NCBI GenBank assembly: GCA_964392365.1
Contig: CAYMPH010000011.1
Location: 29,851-93,850 of the forward strand
DNA length: 64,000 nucleotides
Direction: 5' to 3'
Source: an uncultured Leptospirales bacterium
Lineage (GTDB): Bacteria > Spirochaetota > UBA4802 > UBA5550
Shown here: piece after piece, positions 61,108 to 64,000 of the stretch
Layout: the number at the start of each line of letters is the position of its first letter
Numbering within the stretch: position 1 is the first letter of the stretch
Notes under the pieces: generated by a model
The model's input: only the letters and a program-made list of their open reading frames with translations
What the model was told of the DNA's origin: nothing
Database searches by the model: none
Program-made: the position numbers and the translations under genes

Positions 61108-62453
61108 TGGATGAGCAATTCCCAGAGAGGGCCTGTGTGCCCTCTTCTGTACATTTTTTCTGTTATGCGCTTTGTTTTATCTCCGCCGGAACCTACTATC
61201 CAGTTCTGTTTTTCGCCTTTTTTTTCTGTTACAATCCGTATTATTTCTTCAGTAGAAATATGATTTGACTGATAATAAACCGGATTAAGCAAATCATCGC
61301 TTTCTTTTATCATACCCTCGGACAATGCAATATCATACAACGCTGTATGTGGATAAATTCTTATGCCGCAGAAAAAAAACAGCACTGTTTTAAATAGTTT
61401 TTCTGCATTGGAAAGTGTTTCATCTAAAGTTTCACGGGTTTCGCCAGGACCTCCGAGCAGAAGGTAATGAGCAGTATAGAGATCCGCTTTAACAGCAGAT
61501 TCGTGAGCTTTGAAAACATCAGCAGTTTTAAATGGTTTTCTATATGCAGCAAGCATCCTGTCTGAAAGAGATTCTGTTCCGAATTCTACGTGAGATAAAC
61601 CGGCTTTTTTCATCAGAAAATAATAGTCTTCAGGAGGTACGGTAGGAGCGAAAAATGCTCCCCAGGGAATTGACACGCCTGCTTTGATGAAAGAATCTGC
61701 GACATCTCTGCTGTGTCCATAGTCTGAATTAAAAGCTGAATCTGTAATAAAGAAATATTTCGCGCCCGCATTTTGAATCTGGAGAACGGTCTTTGCAACA
61801 TCATCCGGCGGAATAATTCTCTGTGCTGAGCCTTCAATATGAGGGTATGTGCAGTATACGCATTTGAACGGGCATCCGCGTTTTGACTGAATGTTGAGCA
61901 TTCCGCCTTTTAACAGATAAAATGCCGCGTGCTGCGAATCGCCGGGGTTTGCTCTTGTGAATGAAGATTTCCACGGAGAAGGTATTTCTCCTTTCTGCCC
62001 GTTTGAAATTATTCCAGGAATACTGATCTTCGTTACATTTTTTTCGAGGGAATCAAGGAGAAGAGAAAATTTTTCACCTTCACCTATTACTCCATAATCC
62101 GCTCCGACCGCATTAAGTATTTTATCCGGGAAAATTGTGTATCCGCTTCCGCCCAGTACAACTGGAGAATTTGTATTTTTCTTTGTTTCTTCAACAAGCT
62201 TTTTGTATTCATCTATGAATCCAAGCGGGGAAGATGAATCTGTGTTATCCACATTCCTGATTGAAATGCCTACAACATCAGGTTTGAATGATATTATTTC
62301 AGACGAAAGATTTTCATAATTCTGCACAATATTCATGTCTATTATTTTGACATTATGCTTTTTGGAAATTGAAGCAGCAACATAATCCAGCCCAAGCGGA
62401 TAAACCGGGTAAGGGGCTGCAAGCCTGTTAGCTGATATAAGCAGTACTTTCAT
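61104..62453 (-). CDS. Cobalamin-binding radical SAM protein, lipid-biosynthesis type
   Basis: N-terminal B12-binding domain (PYPVYPLGLDY, GISIRNVDN, VLGGSG, GEGE) and RGCPFKCVYC; resembles TIGR04072 from memory. Confidence 0.85.
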   Translation of the reverse strand: MKVLLISANRLAAPYPVYPLGLDYVAASISKKHNVKIIDMNIVQNYENLSSEIISFKPDVVGISIRNVDNTDSSSPLGFIDEYKKLVEETKKNTNSPVVLGGSGYTIFPDKILNAVGADYGVIGEGEKFSLLLDSLEKNVTKISIPGIISNGQKGEIPSPWKSSFTRANPGDSQHAAFYLLKGGMLNIQSKRGCPFKCVYCTYPHIEGSAQRIIPPDDVAKTVLQIQNAGAKYFFITDSAFNSDYGHSRDVADSFIKAGVSIPWGAFFAPTVPPEDYYFLMKKAGLSHVEFGTESLSDRMLAAYRKPFKTADVFKAHESAVKADLYTAHYLLLGGPGETRETLDETLSNAEKLFKTVLFFFCGIRIYPHTALYDIALSEGMIKESDDLLNPVYYQSNHISTEEIIRIVTEKKGEKQNWIVGSGGDKTKRITEKMYRRGHTGPLWELLIQ

Positions 62454-62456
62454 AGA

Positions 62457-64000
62457 TTATTTTTTATTAAATATTTCAACTGCAGATATGAAACCGCCGA
62501 ATCCCAGTAGAAGTATTCCTTTGCCGTTTAAATCAATACCTGCGCATTTTACATTATTCACCATTGATAATAATGCGCCCGGAACAGATTCATTTCTTAC
62601 AAATCTTGATGCAAATGCAGCTGCTGCAGATGAAGAAGCTGAATATTCGCCTGTAAATTTTCTATATCTGACAATGCTTCCTTTATATTTTGTAATATTA
62701 ATAAACTGAGTCAGCTGCTTTTCTCCGGACTCATTATAGCAAGCAGGTATCCCGACGAATAAGGCCTTATATTCATTCCTGATCCTGTCAACTCCGCCCA
62801 GTTCTCTTATCAGAGAAAGAGCCCAATCTGGATTATTATATGAAATCTGATGATATGCCTGATTTAAATAAACGCCTGGGCTCTCGCTCATCTCAAGGCA
62901 AAATGCTCCGCCTCCGTCTGAATGAATGTCATCCATTGATGAGGATTTATCGAACATGGCTGTATATTTTTCGTGATACTCTTCAGCAGCAATAAGAAAA
63001 GATTTCGATCCCTGTTCTGCAAGCAGGCTTGCAGAAAGAAGTGCCTGATAAAATGAGCAGTCACTTCCTGTTACAGTAATGCACGGGCCTTTGGATTTAT
63101 ATTTGATAGCAAGAAGACCTGCTGGAGAATTATGAACAGAACCCACAAAATCAGTAGGGCTGACGAATTTCTCTTTTGTAGTGAAAAGGCTGTCTATGAA
63201 ATCATGGGTTTCAGTTAAAGGGCCCCAGTCTGTGCCGAAATAAATTGAATCAGGAGAAGAGTCCAGGCCGGAATCTTTCATGGCATCTTCAGCAAGTGAA
63301 AAAGTAATTTTTGAAAGGCGCTTCATTCTTCTTGCTTCGCGCGGATTGAATTTTTTCATGAGTTCAGTATCCGGGAATAGGCCTTTTATATTTTCACCGG
63401 AAGATATTTTATTAATGGAAGCGTTAAGATCACCGGCTCCAGTAAGGCACGATGCTCCGATTATTCTTAATGCGGGAAGTTTCCTTGATTGTTTTCCGCT
63501 TTCAAACATTCCGGGTTTTGCTATAACAGCAGATGCATTATTGCCGCCGAAACCGAGAGAGTTTGATAATACTGTATTTATATTTTTATTCTGCAGATTT
63601 AAAACGGGATTGATTCCCAGGCTTGAATCAGGATTAACACACCCTGTATTTGCAGGAATAAATCCTTCTTTAATTGCAATAGTGCTTATAACAGCTTCAA
63701 TGGCTCCTGAGGCGCCGAGTGAATGCCCGATCAGGCCTTTAATTGATGAAAGAGGCGGAATATTGTTTCCGAATAATCTTAAAACTGCAGCTGCTTCAGA
63801 CCTGTCATTATCAATAGTTCCGGTTCCATGCAGATTTATATAATCAATTGAAGAAGTCTCAATTCCGGAATCAAGCAGTGCTTTTTCCATTGCTGAAAAA
63901 GCTCCTTCACCATCCGGATGAGGCTGTGCAGGGTGATATGCATCACAGGAAAGGCCTCCGCCTAAAATTTCTGCAATTGCATTATCCGGTTTTTTCTCAA
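62457..64000 (-). CDS. Beta-ketoacyl synthase fused to a chain-length-factor-like domain; 5' end beyond the window
   Basis: Frame open to the window end (...GGGLSCDAYHPAQP...). KS motifs HGTGT, GHSLG and SLGFGG, then a second thiolase-fold domain (RRMKRLSK, SPTDFVGSVHN) lacking the catalytic Cys. Confidence 0.85.
   Translation of the reverse strand, partial: EKKPDNAIAEILGGGLSCDAYHPAQPHPDGEGAFSAMEKALLDSGIETSSIDYINLHGTGTIDNDRSEAAAVLRLFGNNIPPLSSIKGLIGHSLGASGAIEAVISTIAIKEGFIPANTGCVNPDSSLGINPVLNLQNKNINTVLSNSLGFGGNNASAVIAKPGMFESGKQSRKLPALRIIGASCLTGAGDLNASINKISSGENIKGLFPDTELMKKFNPREARRMKRLSKITFSLAEDAMKDSGLDSSPDSIYFGTDWGPLTETHDFIDSLFTTKEKFVSPTDFVGSVHNSPAGLLAIKYKSKGPCITVTGSDCSFYQALLSASLLAEQGSKSFLIAAEEYHEKYTAMFDKSSSMDDIHSDGGGAFCLEMSESPGVYLNQAYHQISYNNPDWALSLIRELGGVDRIRNEYKALFVGIPACYNESGEKQLTQFINITKYKGSIVRYRKFTGEYSASSSAAAAFASRFVRNESVPGALLSMVNNVKCAGIDLNGKGILLLGFGGFISAVEIFNKK

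Noticed and set aside
1-64000. Selenocysteine (TGA read-through) genes suggested by selU; rRNA/tRNA genes; IS transposases
   Set aside because: I noticed no gene split at an in-frame TGA, no tRNA/rRNA-like segment and no transposase ORF. This was by eye only; tRNAscan and Infernal were not run.

Overview
AT-rich bacterial chromosomal segment, most likely from an anaerobic Spirochaetota (Leptospirae-like) lineage. This is inferred from LipL45-like FecR lipoproteins, many lipobox proteins, REC-PAS kinases and O2-sensitive Fe-S/B12 enzymes. I saw no rRNA, tRNA, CRISPR array, transposase or reverse transcriptase. The left part holds housekeeping and transport genes (EamA, DUF481 barrel, DUF47-Pit, DedA, pckG, selU, plsC, K+ channel), an outer-membrane barrel followed by three tandem paralogous lipoproteins, and large PAS sensor kinases. 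The window is strongly lipid-centred: (i) a 1437-aa fused activase/reductase with the architecture of the anaerobic plasmalogen/ether-lipid enzymes PlsA-PlsR/Ger, divergent from a CrtI/RetSat-like FAD oxidoreductase; (ii) an AsmA/YdbH-like protein, a DUF1318 lipoprotein and a 2513-aa PD40-TPR-pseudo-CHAT lipoprotein in one operon; (iii) from 51.4 kb to beyond the window end, a minus-strand type II FAS/PKS-like cluster. That cluster encodes a KS-CLF fusion, a B12 radical SAM enzyme of the lipid/ladderane-context type, a deacetylase-methyltransferase fusion, a dehydratase, an ACP, two paralogous radical SAM enzymes, two intact FabF-like KSs, a thioesterase, a dehydratase-PPTase fusion and PlsY. 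It is the best candidate for an undescribed unusual-lipid pathway. Intergenic regions carry at least four families of REP-like palindromes: one sits directly upstream of a DUF559 nuclease and two form the 3' ends of genes. All assignments come from motif recognition by eye; no database searches were run.
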